The notes: a model not told the origin generated them from the sequence alone. 64,000 nucleotides of DNA from Chrysomallon squamiferum (GCA_012295275.1 CM022677.1:27218001-27282000), one strand, 5' to 3'. Counted from the first letter of the stretch, positions 1 through 16,013 are shown. Program-made: numbers and translations.

Positions 1-1082
1 ACTCTGGAATAAATTTGCAATCAAGGCTCAGGTTTTTATTTTCATGTTTATGGGTTGGTAAATATTAAAAATGTCTTCCTGCTATTCTACAAGAATAGCT
101 AGATTTTCCTGACTATCGGTATGTATATAATAAAAAGATATTTCTGTTGTGCTGCAAAAATTATCCATTTTCGTGTCCATGGGTAAGTATATAATAAAAA
201 TTTCTTTCTGCTGTTCAAAAAGAATAACCCATGCACTGATGACAGTAAGGTTTCTTTTCTTATAATCAAAATCATAGAAAAAAAAAGATAAGAAAAAAAA
301 AAGGTTTTATGTCAATCTTTCCATCTATTTATTCATTCATCAATCCATTCTTTTATTTATACATTTTTGTCCATCCATCTTTTCTTTTATTTACTGATTC
401 TTCGAAACTCTTCTTTGTTCATTTATCTAACCATCCATTTACTGTTTTATTCATTCATCTTTCCATTCATTCATCCATCCATCCATCAATCCATTCTTTA
501 AAGTACATCGGTTTAATTATCTAACCTTTTATTTATTCATACTCCAATTTCTTCTTTATTTATTCTTCTATCCATCCGTTTTTTTTATTTTCCATTTATT
601 TCATTCTACTGTCCTTTAATTTATTCATTCTTCTGTCCTTTAATTTATTCATTCTTCTCTCAATTTATTCTTTTATTCATCCGTTAATTTGTTCCATCCA
701 TTCTTTTATTAGTTCTTTGTTGTTGTTTTTTTTGTTGTTTTTTTCATTAATTCTTCCTTTCAGCTTTGGTATCTGTTCTCTCCATTTCCCAAAGTCGAAC
801 ACAAACATTCCATATTAAGTTCCGAAATTCACCAGATGCTGTTTTACAATAGACTTGATTTTCCTTCCTTCTTTTTTTTTTATTTTTTATTTTTTTTTTT
901 TTTATTTTCTTTTCATTTTTCTTCTTCTTCTTCTTATTATTTTAATAACACTACATGTCAAGTACTTGATCCAACATTTCTTATCCCGCCCCTCCTTTTT
1001 CCCAACCCCCCCTCCTCCCTCCCACACAAAGAAAACAACATTGTTATTGTTATTATTCCTCCAACGGTCTTTAGATAATACT

Positions 1083-1116
<34 letters not shown>

Positions 1117-1590
1117 CATTTTCTTTTTGTCGAATAATACCTCTATACATCCAGAAGCCATTTCTAATCAGACTGTTCCATTGTCTGCACACGGGGGGGT
1201 GGCAGGTTGGTGAGTCGCGTGGCCGCGTGAGTCAGCGCGCGCCAGGCACACTTTCAGGATTAGCCGATTGCTTATTCATTAGTGTGAAAACCTCACCCCC
1301 GTCACCTGCCCTACGTTGTTCCGCCTGCTTGGTTTCGGTCGCGGATCAGTGACTCCGATGTCGTCTGTTGACACAACAGAAGTTGGCGGCTGCCATATGT
1401 CTAACAATGTATCCATGACAATGGATGGTTATTATTATTACACACTGTTTTCGTGTTATCCTCTGTGACGTAGGAAAGAAAGCTTGACAGTGTTCTCGTT
1501 GTCATGGACACGGCCCAGGCAGAGATTACGACACGAAAGGCTTGCTTGAACCGTTAGAAAAAATTGTCCTAATTTGGGCTGATAAAGATT

Positions 1591-1633
<43 letters not shown>

Positions 1634-1687
1634 TATGATGCTGTTTGTATTTCTGGCATTTGATATGAATGAATGAATGAATGAATG

Positions 1688-1729
<42 letters not shown>

Positions 1730-2009
1730 ACACCACGACAACCATTATCACCACCAACTACAACAATAATATGGTAAAAAAAAATTGTATCAAAACACCA
1801 TGACATTGACTTTACTTTTCTTTAACCTGAAAACATCAACATTAATTAATTCTGGCCTAAATAAAACATTACTAACAAATCTGAATAAATCTTTGCACAA
1901 AATTTCATTTAAATGGGAAAAAAGAAAAGTTAATTTGTTTAGGCCTAAGTATTTGTAAATCACCAATAGCAAAGCAGTGTTATTACTTTATTTTATTTTT
2001 TCATATAAT

Positions 2010-2082
<73 letters not shown>

Positions 2083-2357
2083 TTTTCTGTTTAAATGAAA
2101 AACATCAATATTAATTTGTTCTGGCCTAAATGAGGACTGTTATTGAAAATTATATATCACAGATTAATTATCTAGGACAGACTTTTTTTTTGTGTGAGTG
2201 TTTCAATCAATATGGACTGCAGGTGAAAAGTGATGTTTGTTTCATTAAAGGTAACTTAGCTTGCAATGAGAGAACAGGTGTGATACAAACAGATCCTCGT
2301 TAACCTGGTAAAATGAAAACATTAATAATTAATTGTGATTTTATCCAGCTAGATGAT

Positions 2358-2390
<33 letters not shown>

Positions 2391-3261
2391 CTTCAGGTGT
2401 ATTGGATTTCATGAACTATGGATTCACCATTTTCTGATTTTTATTTTTATGTGCTTGGGTTTTGTTTATTATGATGATGATGATGATTATTATTATTATT
2501 ATTACTGTCTATTTGTATTTGTGTTTGTGTGTGAGTACTTGTGTATGTATTTGTTATTTAATATATACATTATAAAAAACGAAAAACTAAACAGATTTTT
2601 TTTTTTTTTTTTAAGCAATGTCGAAATACAAAAAAATATAATTTAAAAAAAACCTGTAAAATTAATGATTCAGTTTATTTAAGTTGAAGAATTTTTTTTT
2701 TCTTCTTCTTCTTCTTCTTCTAAGTAAAGCATTCATTTTTGGAATTCCATTTTATTAGACAAACCCAGTTTAAGTGTCTTGCCTGTAGCCATGGTAACAA
2801 GTTGCAGTGAAGAACAGGTGCATTAATTGATTTCCTCAGCCTGAAGAGTTCTTTCAAGTCCAGTAATTATAACAAGAGGGGGAAAAAAAAAAGAAAAAGA
2901 AGTGAAATAAAAAATAAAATAAAATAAGGAGGAGAAAAAAAAAGAAAAACAAAGGAGAATGTTAAAAATAGAAAAAATTCATTCATTCATCTTTTTTTAT
3001 TTATTATTATTATTCTTGTTGTTGTTATTATTATTATTATTATTGTTATTATTATTGTTATTACTGTTTCTACTTTTGTTCTTTTTCATTTTTCTTTTGT
3101 TCTGCACTTCTTTCTTTTCTTTTTTTCTATTTCTTTATCTTCTCTTTTCTCTTTGTCTTTTTTAAAATTCCTCTTTCCTTTCTTCTTTTTGTTTCTTTTT
3201 TCTTTATTTTTCTTCATTTATCTTTTTATTTGCCTTCTTTTTCCTTCTTTATTATTTGTTT

Positions 3262-3328
<67 letters not shown>

Positions 3329-3581
3329 GGTCTCTGCTCATTTCCTATCATCACTTTTGAAATGTAACAAAAGATTAACTTATATTAATAGATTTAATGT
3401 GGGTTTTTTTTGACTTTCACTAAAATCTAGAAATAGAAAGAAGTGTGATAACATGCTTTGGGTAAATTCCATAATGTATGAGAAATGCAGGGAAAAAAAA
3501 TAAAAAAAAGTTTTAAAATAATGAACGATAAGTGGTAAGCTATAAAATGAAATAATAAAGAAGGAGAAAAAGGAAATAGAT

Positions 3582-3651
<70 letters not shown>

Positions 3652-4309
3652 CAAACAAGAAAATTAACACACAAACATATTGACACAAAAAAACACACAT
3701 ACACATACACACTCATATACACAAAGAGAATCATGTAATGCTCACATACACATGTATTTTTCACACAAAGACACATGACTTTAATTCATTATTCATTAAA
3801 AAGGAATCAACAATTGATTGAAAAGTCTGTTCAAAGGGGAGATAATTTTAATTTCAAAACAAAAAAGAAAAACATGCAAAGCACACACACATAAAATAAA
3901 ATTAAAAAAAGACAAAATGAAAAATATATATATATATATAAAAATAATAATAAAAGAAATAATAACAAGAATTAAGTAACAAAAAATATAACATTACTTC
4001 ACAACAATTGTTTTTTTTTGTTTTTTTTTTTTTTTTTTTTTTCAAAAACATTTTTTGTTTCACTGAGTTCTTTTCTCACTTCCGTGACAGTTTTCTCCTT
4101 TAATGATTTGATATAAAAAATTTAAAATAAATCTATTTACAGTGTACTTCATGTTTACAGTGCTCTGTGTTCACTGAAGCATGTCATTGATTACCAACCT
4201 TGTCATAAAATCTCATCTGTCTGCAACTTGGAGAAAGTCTAAAAACGCAAATTAATAGCAAATAAATGACTGCAGTTCAGTCCAGACAGACAATTTGTCT
4301 GAGATTCGA

Positions 4310-4790
4310 TGTAGGAGAAGGCTCCATGCTGCTCCTGTAGTTATTATATCTCATTCCAACCATCGATCCTGTTTTTTTATGTGATTTATCAAACGATTTA
4401 ATTGTTTTTTTTGTTGTGTTTATGGGAGGGTACTCGTAACAAAGATCTTTTTGCTAAATTCATGATCTTACTGACAAAAATAGTGGTGGGTGTTTACTAG
4501 TGGAGGAGATGATATTAGTAGTTGTTGAATATAAAAACTGATTGTTTAAACTTAGTACAATCAGAGAATTTGTATGTAGGAGTAGACCTCCATATTGCTC
4601 CTGTTTTTATCATATCCCATTCCAGCCACCTCAGCAGTTTCTCGTTTTTTGTTTAACAAAGGATGTGATGATAGTTTCGTGTTTATGGGAAGGTGCTGAT
4701 ATCTGGGATCTTCCTGCTAAATGATAAAATATTGGTGGGTGTTTATCAGTGTAGTAGATGACATTGTGGTAGTTGTTGATGTTAAAATAT
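4310..4790 (+). repeat. Diverged tandem duplication of about 260 bp
   Basis: GTAGGAG..CTCCAT..TGCTCCTGT ... GTTTATGGGA.GGT ... GGTGGGTGTTTA ... GTAGTTGTTGA occurs at about 4311-4528 and about 4576-4779. Confidence 0.75.
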
Positions 4791-4889
4791 TCATCATTTA
4801 GTCTTTTTTTTTGTTTTTCCAGTTCTGTGGTTGCATCATTAATGTATCACTAATGTAAAGTTCTGGCATGAAATCGCAGGATTTGTGTG

Positions 4890-4932
<43 letters not shown>

Positions 4933-5626
4933 TTATGTAAGTAGGTGGCTATACCTATATGTGTGGATGTGTTTAATTATTTGTTATTGTTTAAGTATAC
5001 CAGTTCTTATGAAGATTTGTGTGTATTAGTCTGTTTTTGATTACATGAAGACTGTGTGTGTGTGTCTGTGTGTGTGTAATTACTGATTGTGTATTGGCTT
5101 ATATATAATTATATATGTGGGTTTGTTTTCTTTCACTAATAACACATTCTATGACAACAGAAAAACATAATTATACCTCTACTGAGCTTATGATCTCCTT
5201 TTAAACAAAACAAATATTATTTGTTTTATAAAAATCACATTTCATTTATATGAGATAAATAATTACATTTCTTCTTGAACAAATCCCAAATTTTATTAAA
5301 ACCTTCTCTTTCATCATCTTCATAAAAACAGTAATAAAAAAATAAAAAAATAAAACATTATTAATATTAATATTTCAAAGATATAGATTATTTTTCCCCA
5401 GACTATGACAGAATTTGATATTATACATCTGAGATGAAAAATCAATAATCTTTCAGGTAATCACAGGTAATTGCAGGTATTTCCTCGTCATTATCTTTGC
5501 TTGTGGAGAGTCTAGGATTTCATGTTTTAATATGAATAGTTTGAATCTGATTCACTCTTATGATCAGTGGTCAGGATAATATCTTTTATTTCTGTCTGAA
5601 ATTAAACAGGCTAAATTTAGTACAGC

Positions 5627-5658
<32 letters not shown>

Positions 5659-5805
5659 AAAATAAAATAAAATAAAATAAAGCATTAAAATAATAAAATA
5701 AATTATATATAAATTTTTATAATTATCAATAATATTTTCCTGGAACTAGTTACAGTTTTCATGTTTAGGACAGTAATTTCTTTTTTTTTTTAATAAATAG
5801 AAATC

Positions 5806-5863
<58 letters not shown>

Positions 5864-6317
5864 GAACTAGTTTCAGTTTTGCATTAAAGAGATTAGATTT
5901 TCATTTATATTTTAGCTTTCTATAATTAGATGTTTAGAAAATATTATTAAAGCATTCCTGAAAACTAATTTTGAAATATTCTTTTTCATTCTTTTTAACT
6001 AGGCTGTTTTAAAATACTTTCCTAAAAATTATTAGTAAATTTAAATCAAAATGGCCTAGTTTAAGGTTATTTTTTTCTTTCTGTAATTAGCTGTATAGAA
6101 AATAGTTTTAATGCATTCCTGAAAACTAGCTGTGGTTATGAATTAAGTGTCTATATTTAGAATTTGTTTTCTTTCCTCAGTTAGGTACTTGGGAAAATAT
6201 AATACATTCCTAAAAACTAGTTTTGTTTCGAATTGGAATTTAGAATGTTTGTATTTCTTTAAAACAAATATGTGGGAAATAAACTAATATTCCCCTGAAA
6301 ACTGTTTCTAATACTGA

Positions 6318-6381
<64 letters not shown>

Positions 6382-6695
6382 AAAAGAAAATTGTACATAC
6401 ATACATCCAGCCATCCATCTGTTTATCTGTTCATGTAACCTATCTTTTTGTAATTATATGCAAAGGAAGATTCTGTTTCTGAAAAGTGTTCTCCTTTATT
6501 TACGTACATACACACATACACACATACACACATACACACACATACATACATACATACATACATACATACATCATACATATAAGGGTTGTTTTGGTGGCTA
6601 AATGGTAACATTGTGTGTGTGTGCATGTGTGTATATGTATGTATGTATTTATGTATGAGTGTGTATATATGTATGTGTATATGTGTATGTTTGTG

Positions 6696-6778
<83 letters not shown>

Positions 6779-7233
6779 GTATGTATATGTATGTATGTGT
6801 GTGTATATATGTGTGTGTGTGTATACGTATATATATAAGCTAATATACATGCTCAAATATTACACACATTATATAAACACACACACACAAAAGTTTTCAT
6901 ACAACATTTGATAGGAACTGGTTGAAACCAGTCTAGCAGCAGTTGCTGTTGATGATGTATAAAGCACTTGAATGACATTGTGACCGAGGCACTGTGATCT
7001 ACATAAAATCTTTATTAAATATTTAATCAGTTCTTACTCAGTTTCCAGTTAAACATCAAATCCTTTTCAAGTAGGCAACACGATACCTTAAACCTTTTAA
7101 AAACTGCCGAGATAACTTCAGTTATTTTTATTTTAAAATATATTTTTTTTTAACAGTACATCTGTAATCTATCTGTCTCTCTGTGTGTATGTATGTGTGT
7201 GTGTGTGTGTATATATGTATATATGTATATATG

Positions 7234-7266
<33 letters not shown>

Positions 7267-7332
7267 GTGTATGTATTTATGTATGTATGTGTGTTATTTA
7301 TGTATGTATGTATGTATGTATGTGTGTGTGTG

Positions 7333-7363
<31 letters not shown>

Positions 7364-9051
7364 ATATATATGTGTGTGTGTGTATAGAATGATTTATGTA
7401 TTTATGTATGTATGTATGATGTTTGTAAAAAGGGAAATATTATGAGAGAGTCTCAGGTGTGTAAGAAGAGATGCAAAAAGGAGAGAAGCTGAAAAAAGGG
7501 AAAATATATATATATATAAAAAGAAGAGAGAAAAGAACAAATAAAATGGTGGAGTGTAGCTGAAATGATCAAGTACAACTGAAATGATGAACATATACAA
7601 AATCATCTATCATTTGCTGTGTGTCATTGAGCTGGATTCTAAGTGAGTGAATTTAGAGAATTGTCAATGCTAAGTTAAAAATGGTCTAAAAGTTGTTTCT
7701 TATTGTTCAACTGGTCTCCATGACATCAGAAAATCTCTGACGCCAAAAAAACCCTGTACACAGAAATCTCTAGAACTGACACATTACAAACACTGCCTAG
7801 GAGCAAACCTTATTGATCTCCAACCACCACCACTACTACTACTACTACTATGACTACTACAGCGTAACAGAATGTGTTGTCAGGGGGGGTACTGGAATCG
7901 TGTGTGTGTGTGTGGGGAAAAGCCAGTAACTGTCAGAACCGAACAAAATGGAATCTGGCTTGGAAAAAGAAGAAAAAAAAAAAAAAAAAAGGAATTTATT
8001 GATTTTCAGAATTTTTTTTCTTTTTTTTTTTCTTTTTTTTTTTCTGGAAAATCTTGAAGAATGACAAGATTTCTCTAATAATGTCGGAATGGTTTATGAC
8101 GTCGTCGAGAGTGGAGGGGGGGGGGAAGGCCCCGAAGGCTGTTGCTATGGTTACAAGTGAAAATGAAATTATTGCTGTTGTAGTTGGATTTAAGCTGCAG
8201 TGATGCTGTCCTCTGAGACAGAGAGAGCAACTGTTGGTTGTTTCTGATTTTTAAACATTTTTATAAACGTCTTTGCATTTCATAAGAGCCTGTAAAATTT
8301 CAGATTTATTGCTATCTATCTATCCATCTATCTATCTATCTATCTATCTATGTATCTATATATATATATATAAAATTTAAGTTTTTAAGATAGTTATCTG
8401 ATTTATGAATATAATTTGGAAGTTATGGTAAATACAGGTCATAATGTTTTTGTTCAACACTATTGTTATTTTAATTTTGTATACCTTATGCACCTGACTA
8501 CACACCTAACATACCTACCTGCCTCTCTGCCTACCTACATACCTAGCTACCTTTGTGTTTTTTGCTTTCTGTTCATCTTTCTATCTGTTTAGGTCTACAT
8601 ACCTGTCTAGTCCTACCTACCTGTCTGTAAATTATATTTATCTGTATATATCTGTCTGTCTCTGTCTGTCTGTCCATCTATCTATCTGTCTGTTCTATCC
8701 ATCTATCTATCTGTCTCTGTCTGTCTGTTCTATCTATTTACCTGTCTGTTTGTCTGTTCTATCTATTTATCTGTTTCTCTGTCTGTCTGTTCTATCTATT
8801 TATCTGTCTGTTTGTCTGTCTAGCAGTTTATATATTTAAATCTGAGATATAAATTTGGTTCAGATGTTTTCGTAATTTAGAATTCACAAAATACATTCTG
8901 TCATTAGAGATTACTTATAGTATAAAAGTAGTAGTAGTAGTAGTACTGTAGCAGTGGTGGTGGTAGTAGTACTATTATTGTAGTAGTGATAGAAGTAGTA
9001 ATAATAAAATAATGATGATGATGATAACAGTACTAATAATGACACTCTCTA

Positions 9052-9137
<86 letters not shown>

Positions 9138-12100
9138 AAGAAACTGAAATAGAATTTTATAAACTAAAAAGAATCAGGGATTTTTTTTGTTTTTTGAATT
9201 TTGCTTTGTAAACAACAAAGACCTTAGTTTTAAATAGAAATGTGTTAGTTAGTGTTGGTAACAAACTGGTTCACCTGTCACATATACACTTAGTTAGATC
9301 AGGTAATTAACACCAATTAACAACATTTTTTTTTTTTAAAACCTTTCTCAGTTTGTGATGTATTCATGTGACATGGCTCAGTTGTCGTGGCAACTGTCAA
9401 CTGATGACGTGAACTGTTTGTGTTAGCATGTATGGCAGATGCTGAATCAAGTAACAGAACATTTTGTAATGAATGATAAACTTGGATGAATGTAAAGTAA
9501 TTTCCCCCTGATTTTTTATTTCACTCTCGTCCTTTCACTTTATTTCAAATTATAATTTTTTTTTTTTCTTTCCATTTTTTTAATTTAAAATTCTATTAAA
9601 GATCTTTCATTTAAAATATTCCTTTCAATGTATCTAATTTTAATTTTAATTTTTAAATTTATGTTCATATTTTCCATAATTTTCTTTAAAAAAAATTCTG
9701 TTGTTTGTTCAACCAGTTTGGACTTTTTTAAATACTCAGATAGTTCAGTCATATTTTTTAAATTTATTTTAAAATGTTTCCCCCAATCATTTATTAGATT
9801 TTTGTTTAATCTTTGAATAATTTTCTTTTGAAATTTCAATTCACCCATAATTATCTTTTATAATCTCTAAACATCCATAATTTCTTTTACAATCTCTTTT
9901 CATAGTTTTCTTTTGAAATCTTTAAACATCGATAAATTTATTTTAAGAATTTGCATCCATCCATCATCCATCCATCCATCTTTCTGTCTGTAATTTGTAA
10001 CAAACAGCTCAGAGAGTGTCAGACATTTTGATATTAATTTCAAAAACTGATTATTTCTGTTACCTTGTTTTACCTGACAGGTGTGCGTACCTGTACTAAT
10101 TAACACATACAGGTGAACTACCTGCCTGTTTGTCACAACTACCAATGACAGTTCTTGTTTCTACGGCAACAGGACATTTTGTAATTAATCTCTGAGCTTG
10201 TGTTTGTGATGGTGTATTTTGATGGGTGGGGGGGGTGGGGAAAATGGGGAAAATATTTTTAATATGTATGCATACTGCATAAATATAATATTTTCATAAA
10301 ATAATATGTAAGTTAAGATTATATGAATTTTCAGAAACAGTTCTAAAAATTATAAAGCTGAAAATACATCACTGTTTTAGAGTTAGGCTTCCCTTAATGT
10401 TGTAACTATGGTGACATGAAGAAATAATTCAAAAATAGTTGTAATATTTCAAATTAAACATTATTTTTGGTTATTATATTATTTGTTTGTTTTTTTTTTT
10501 GTTTTTTTTTTTGTCAACAATATTTATTAATAACAAAGTATAAGAAATAGTATAAATATATTCTGAATGTTTCCTACTTTTGCTGTTTTTTTTTGTTCAC
10601 ATAAATGTGAATACTGGTATGTGAATAAATGGAACAATAAATGGAAAAAAGGATAAATAAAATAAGAAGAATGAAGAAATGGTTAAATAGATTTTTGAGC
10701 ATAATATACAAATTTATAAATAAATAAATAAAGAAAAAAGAAACTAATTAACTAAACAAACAAAAGAAAACCCATACAAACAACAACTAAATAACAGACA
10801 TATAACTAAATATAAAAATTGTAACAAATAAAAATATACCTTATATATATATATATATATGTATATATATTTAAAATGAAAAGTCAAAGGCACTTAACAA
10901 GTTCGTGACTTTCATTAATATTTAACTATGTGTAGATACTCTTGAATTAAGCAGACTGGTAGACACAGTTTGTATGTTTACTTGGTAGTAGAATATCATT
11001 GATTATTTCACATGTGAATGAGTACCTGTCTAATTAGCTTATTGAGCTGTTTTGTTTTTTTGTTTTGTATTTTTTTTCTTCATGGAGATTTCCGTTTAAA
11101 GAAATTTGTTTGTTTTCGTTTACTACAAATTCAATGAGTACTTCCAAATACAGACCTTAAATTGGTTTATTAAACTTACATGTATTCTTTCTCTTGGTTT
11201 TGGTGTTACTGCTACTACTATTACAACAACAACTACTACAACAACAAATATACAACATATACAATAAATACTACTGCTAATACAACAACAACAACAACTA
11301 CAATTACTAGTACTACAATTTCTACTATAAATAATATTACTATTACAACAACTACTACTACTACTAAAGTTTTACTATTTTACAAAAAATACTACTACTA
11401 TTATTACTATTATATTTTATCAACTACTACTACAATTTCTACTATAAATAATACTACTACTACCACAATTACTACAACTACTACAATTACTACAACTAGT
11501 ACTACTGCTACTACTATCACCACTAACACTATAAATACTACATACTGCTATTATTACTAACATTACTACTACATCTATTAATGGTATTGCTAACACTACT
11601 ACTACTACTACAGCTGTTAATATTACTAACTACTGCTATTACAAAAACTACCACATCTGTATTACTATTACTGTTCATACTGAAACTGCAGTTCTGTTAC
11701 AACTACTACTGTTTCTACCACCACAACTACTATCACTACTACATGTATCTCATTACTAATACAAGATCTGTGCATGAATACATAAAGTAAAATTAAAAAG
11801 AATAAAAATGATAAAATTTAAATGATAAAAGGTTTAAAAAATTTAAAAAAAATAAAAATATACTAAATATGAAACAAAATATATAAATATTAAAATATAA
11901 TAATAATAAATATATACTAAATATGAAACAAAATATATAAATATTAAAATATAATAATAAATATATACTAAATATGAAATAAAATATATAAATATTTTAA
12001 AAAATAATAATAAATATATACTAAATATGAAATAAAATATATATTAAAAAAATAACAAATAAACAAAAAAGAAAATAAAATAAAATCAATAAATAAAATC

Positions 12101-12155
12101 AATAAATAAAATAAATAAACAAATAAATAAATAAAATAAATAAATAAAAATAACA

Positions 12156-12190
<35 letters not shown>

Positions 12191-13386
12191 AATAAAATAA
12201 ATAAAAATAACATAAAATGAAAAAAGAAATTAAAAAAAGAATAAGAAAAAGAAAAGAAAAGAAAATAATATAAACAACAAAAAATAAAAAATAAAAAAAA
12301 TGATAAGATTAAAAAAAAATAAAAAAAAATAAAAATGGAGGGTAAATGAAAAGCAAACACACTCAGGTATATACTTGTTTAATATCCTGCTCTGACAGAT
12401 TGTACCATCTGCTGTTCATTTTCATTTCCTGTCTGTAAGAAGCCATTTTTGAAATTTGGCATCTGTACTAGCAGACGCAAGACAGCAGCAGACTTAAAGA
12501 AACAGCCTCTCTCCAAGTTAGAACACTGAAACACAAAACTGAAAACTTCCAACCTCAAAGATGCTGCAGATCTACACTTGATGAAAGGGTGTGGGGGGGA
12601 GGGATTAAGGGGGAGGGGTGGTAATAATATATAAATCTACAGTTAGTAAAAGGACAGGGAGGGGGTGGGGAATGGAAGGGGGTGGGGAAATGGGGGTTTG
12701 GACATGTGGTCAGTGTTCGTAATAGTTAAAAATATAAAAAATAATGAAAATACAATCCATTTTGTGTTTATTTTTCAATTATTATTGTTGTTGTTGTTGT
12801 TGTTAGTTATTGTTTTATTATCATTATTATTATTGTTAATTATTGTTATTATCATTCATAAATTATGACTTTTATTACCTTCGTTGTTATTATCGATATA
12901 AACAATTGTCATCATTATTAATTAATTTTTTTTTATAATTCCTTTTTATTACCATTATCATCATCATTTTAATCATCATTTTTATCATCACCATCATCAT
13001 CTACTTTCTCTTTCAACAATCCTTACAATCATTCATTCTTCTTCTCATCCATACATTTGTCTGGTTTTATTTTCTTTCTTTCCTTATGTACCCAAGTGAC
13101 AACTAATTATGACAGCATTTTGTCATGCATGATTTACTTCATGAGTAGCAGACGTTGTGTTGTTTTGTTTTCTTCTGCAGTTTTCCCTGTCATTATTATT
13201 TTTTAATTTTATTTGTTGTTATTGTCACAGGAGGGCAGCATCTGTAGGAACAGTAGTAACTGTTTAGCTTATTGTTTCGTTATTAGAATAACATTTATTT
13301 ATTTATTTATTATTGCTGTTGTTGATATTACTATTATTATTATTATTATTATTATTATTTATTATTTTTCTTATTACTGTTATTGA

Positions 13387-13417
<31 letters not shown>

Positions 13418-13458
13418 GTTATTTATTATTTTTATTCCTATTATTGTTATTTATTTTA

Positions 13459-13518
<60 letters not shown>

Positions 13519-14105
13519 GTTATAAAATATACTCTTATTACCAGGACTTATTTTATTACTAACACTAATGCTATAACTAGTTACTGTTACCATACACTAT
13601 AGTAAAGGATATACATAGTATCGATACTATCACTATTACTGCAATACATACTTCCATTATTACTACTACTGTTACTATAACTACTACCATTACTACTATT
13701 ATTACTACTACTGTTACTATAACTACTACCATTACTACTCTTATTACTACAACTACTATTAATAGTACAGCTGTGACTACTACTATTACAACCATAACTA
13801 TAGCTACTACTACTACTACTACTACTACCACCATCCCCACTGCTGCTGCTACTACTACTACTGCTACTACATCTAATTTGTGTGTCATTTCTGCTTCTAG
13901 TCTATATTATCAGTAAAATCTGTAAAATTCTTACTACTTCAGTTTATTACTACTACTAGTAAAGTATGAAATGAAATATACATAATTATAATAATTAGTA
14001 TATCCAGAATTGAAGAAACAAAAAACAAAGAAAGAAGAAGAAAAAAAAAAGATTAAAAATGGAAGGGTAGAAAAATTATCCCCAGATGTTCATTATACAG
14101 TAGTT

Positions 14106-14144
<39 letters not shown>

Positions 14145-14456
14145 ACCACCTGGTTAGTGTGTCAAACACATCTGGCCGGGACTGGACAATGGAACGGTCC
14201 ATTCATACAGCACCATTACCAGTGACCGCTAAGAGGCCCTCATTAGGTGTCACAGAAAAAAAAATCATTATTTAACACTGAGACCCTATTGGGGATATAA
14301 ATACCATTTATTATGCATGCATTATTGATGTAGAACACATTTATTATTTTTATTCTGAATGAATAGATTGATGGATAAAGAAAAAAAATAATTAAAAAAA
14401 TAAATTAAAATAAAATTAAAAAAATTGTTTTTGTTTTTAGTTATGATTATTATCTG

Positions 14457-14512
<56 letters not shown>

Positions 14513-14549
14513 CAATATGAAATTAATACTAAATGGTTATTGAAATCCT

Positions 14550-14597
<48 letters not shown>

Positions 14598-15134
14598 TAA
14601 AGGAAATATAATGAAATGTGTAAACCAATGTTTCTGTAAGCAGTTTCTCTACTGGTGAAATATTAAAATGTCAAGATTTATTGATTTTAAAAGATTTAAG
14701 AATCACGTATCTAATATTGTTGTCTGCACACACGAAACCAGAAAAACTATAACAGTGATTCTAAATATCTCTATCTCAATTTGTCTCCCGGAATAATAGG
14801 AGCTAAGAAAAAAAAAAAAAAAAAAAAGTCGAAAAATCAATACAGTTATTCCAAAATAACGCTGCAGCTAAATATTGGCCCGTTGCATGCCTTTGGCCGG
14901 AAATAATCTTCGCTTGCATTCAGCTACCATCTTTATTTCTCGGCCAAATCAAAACGCCGAACACGGCTTCCATTAGCTGAGGCCATCAATCAAAACCCCT
15001 TTTACATCAGGGACTTGCAGGTCGGGTCCATCATCTCTCATCCGAGGGGTGCCAGGTTCTTTGTCCTTAGAGGGGTCTGCATCAAACAAAGAAGAGCAGA
15101 AGTGTGCCGTGCTTTAATGGGTTTGTAGTAAAGT

Positions 15135-15245
15135 ATTATTGGAGGCGGGACTACAGGAACGAATTCAGCCAATGGGATTGCAGCATTGGTTATGAATAAG
15201 CATGTCGCTATAAATATTGGCTTTTATTGGGCTTTTTTCAGTAGC
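15135..15245 (+). promoter_or_regulatory. Internal RNA polymerase II promoter (CCAAT boxes, GC box, TATA, Inr) of the CELF gene
   Basis: ATTGG 15138-42, GGAGGCGGGA 15141-50, CCAAT 15169-73, ATTGG 15185-89, TATAAATA 15209-16, Inr-like TCAGT 15238-42 with its A (15240) 31 nt after the TATA start. It lies in a relatively CpG-rich island at about 14820-15370. Confidence 0.7.
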
Positions 15246-15354
15246 GGTAACCAGCGTTTGGCGTTAGATTTGTGTAATTGTGTTGTGCCGTGTACAAATT
15301 GTACTATTGTTGTTACCTTTATTTACGTTTGAACACTGTAGAATTTTATACACC

Positions 15355-15367
15355 ATGGTCGTTGGAG
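15355..15367 (+). CDS. CELF4: Alternative first coding mini-exon (M-V-V-G + 1 nt) of the CELF gene
   Basis: Strong Kozak context CACCATGG, no upstream ATG from 15240, donor GAG|GTACGT in phase 1. This matches the phase-1 acceptor at 28756 and gives [12 protein letters not shown]. Confidence 0.72.
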
Positions 15368-16013
15368 GTACGTAATATTTTCATTTTTTTTTTTCTTTTT
15401 TTTTTTTTTTACGTTGATAAATTATCGTCTGCGATGCTTCTTTCTTTTTAAAATGGATGTTGAAACGAAACCGGATTTAAATAAAGAAATTCACTGTGCC
15501 TGCGTTTCGGATATAATGAAAAAGGGGGAAAAAAAATTAATGTGATGGTTTCTTTGTTGTGTGTGTTAAATTCACGATTATTTTACACAAAAAGGAAAAC
15601 AAATACCTTCTTTAAAAATACATGAATTATAGTGTCATAAATTTCGTATTCGTTTAATTCAAATTTGTTAGCATGCATATTGTTTGTTCTTTTTCTTTTT
15701 CTTGTTGTAAAGGAATTTAATAAATATTGATTTTTCCCCCCTTTTCTACTGAAATTTTTTCTTCTTTGTTAATGCGTTTCAGTATCAATTGTCCTTGAAG
15801 AACTTGCCAAAAACATCTGCTCAGGAATTTTTCCCAAAATAGTTTCATTGTAACAATGAAAAATGTACGATGCCCTTAATTTACATGTTTTTATTCGTTC
15901 GTTGTTTCATACATCCATTATTAATTGATAAATTATTATTATTATTATTATTATTATTACACAAAAATTATATGTTTAAATTTAACTGCACCGATTAAAA
16001 TTAAATGTTTAAA

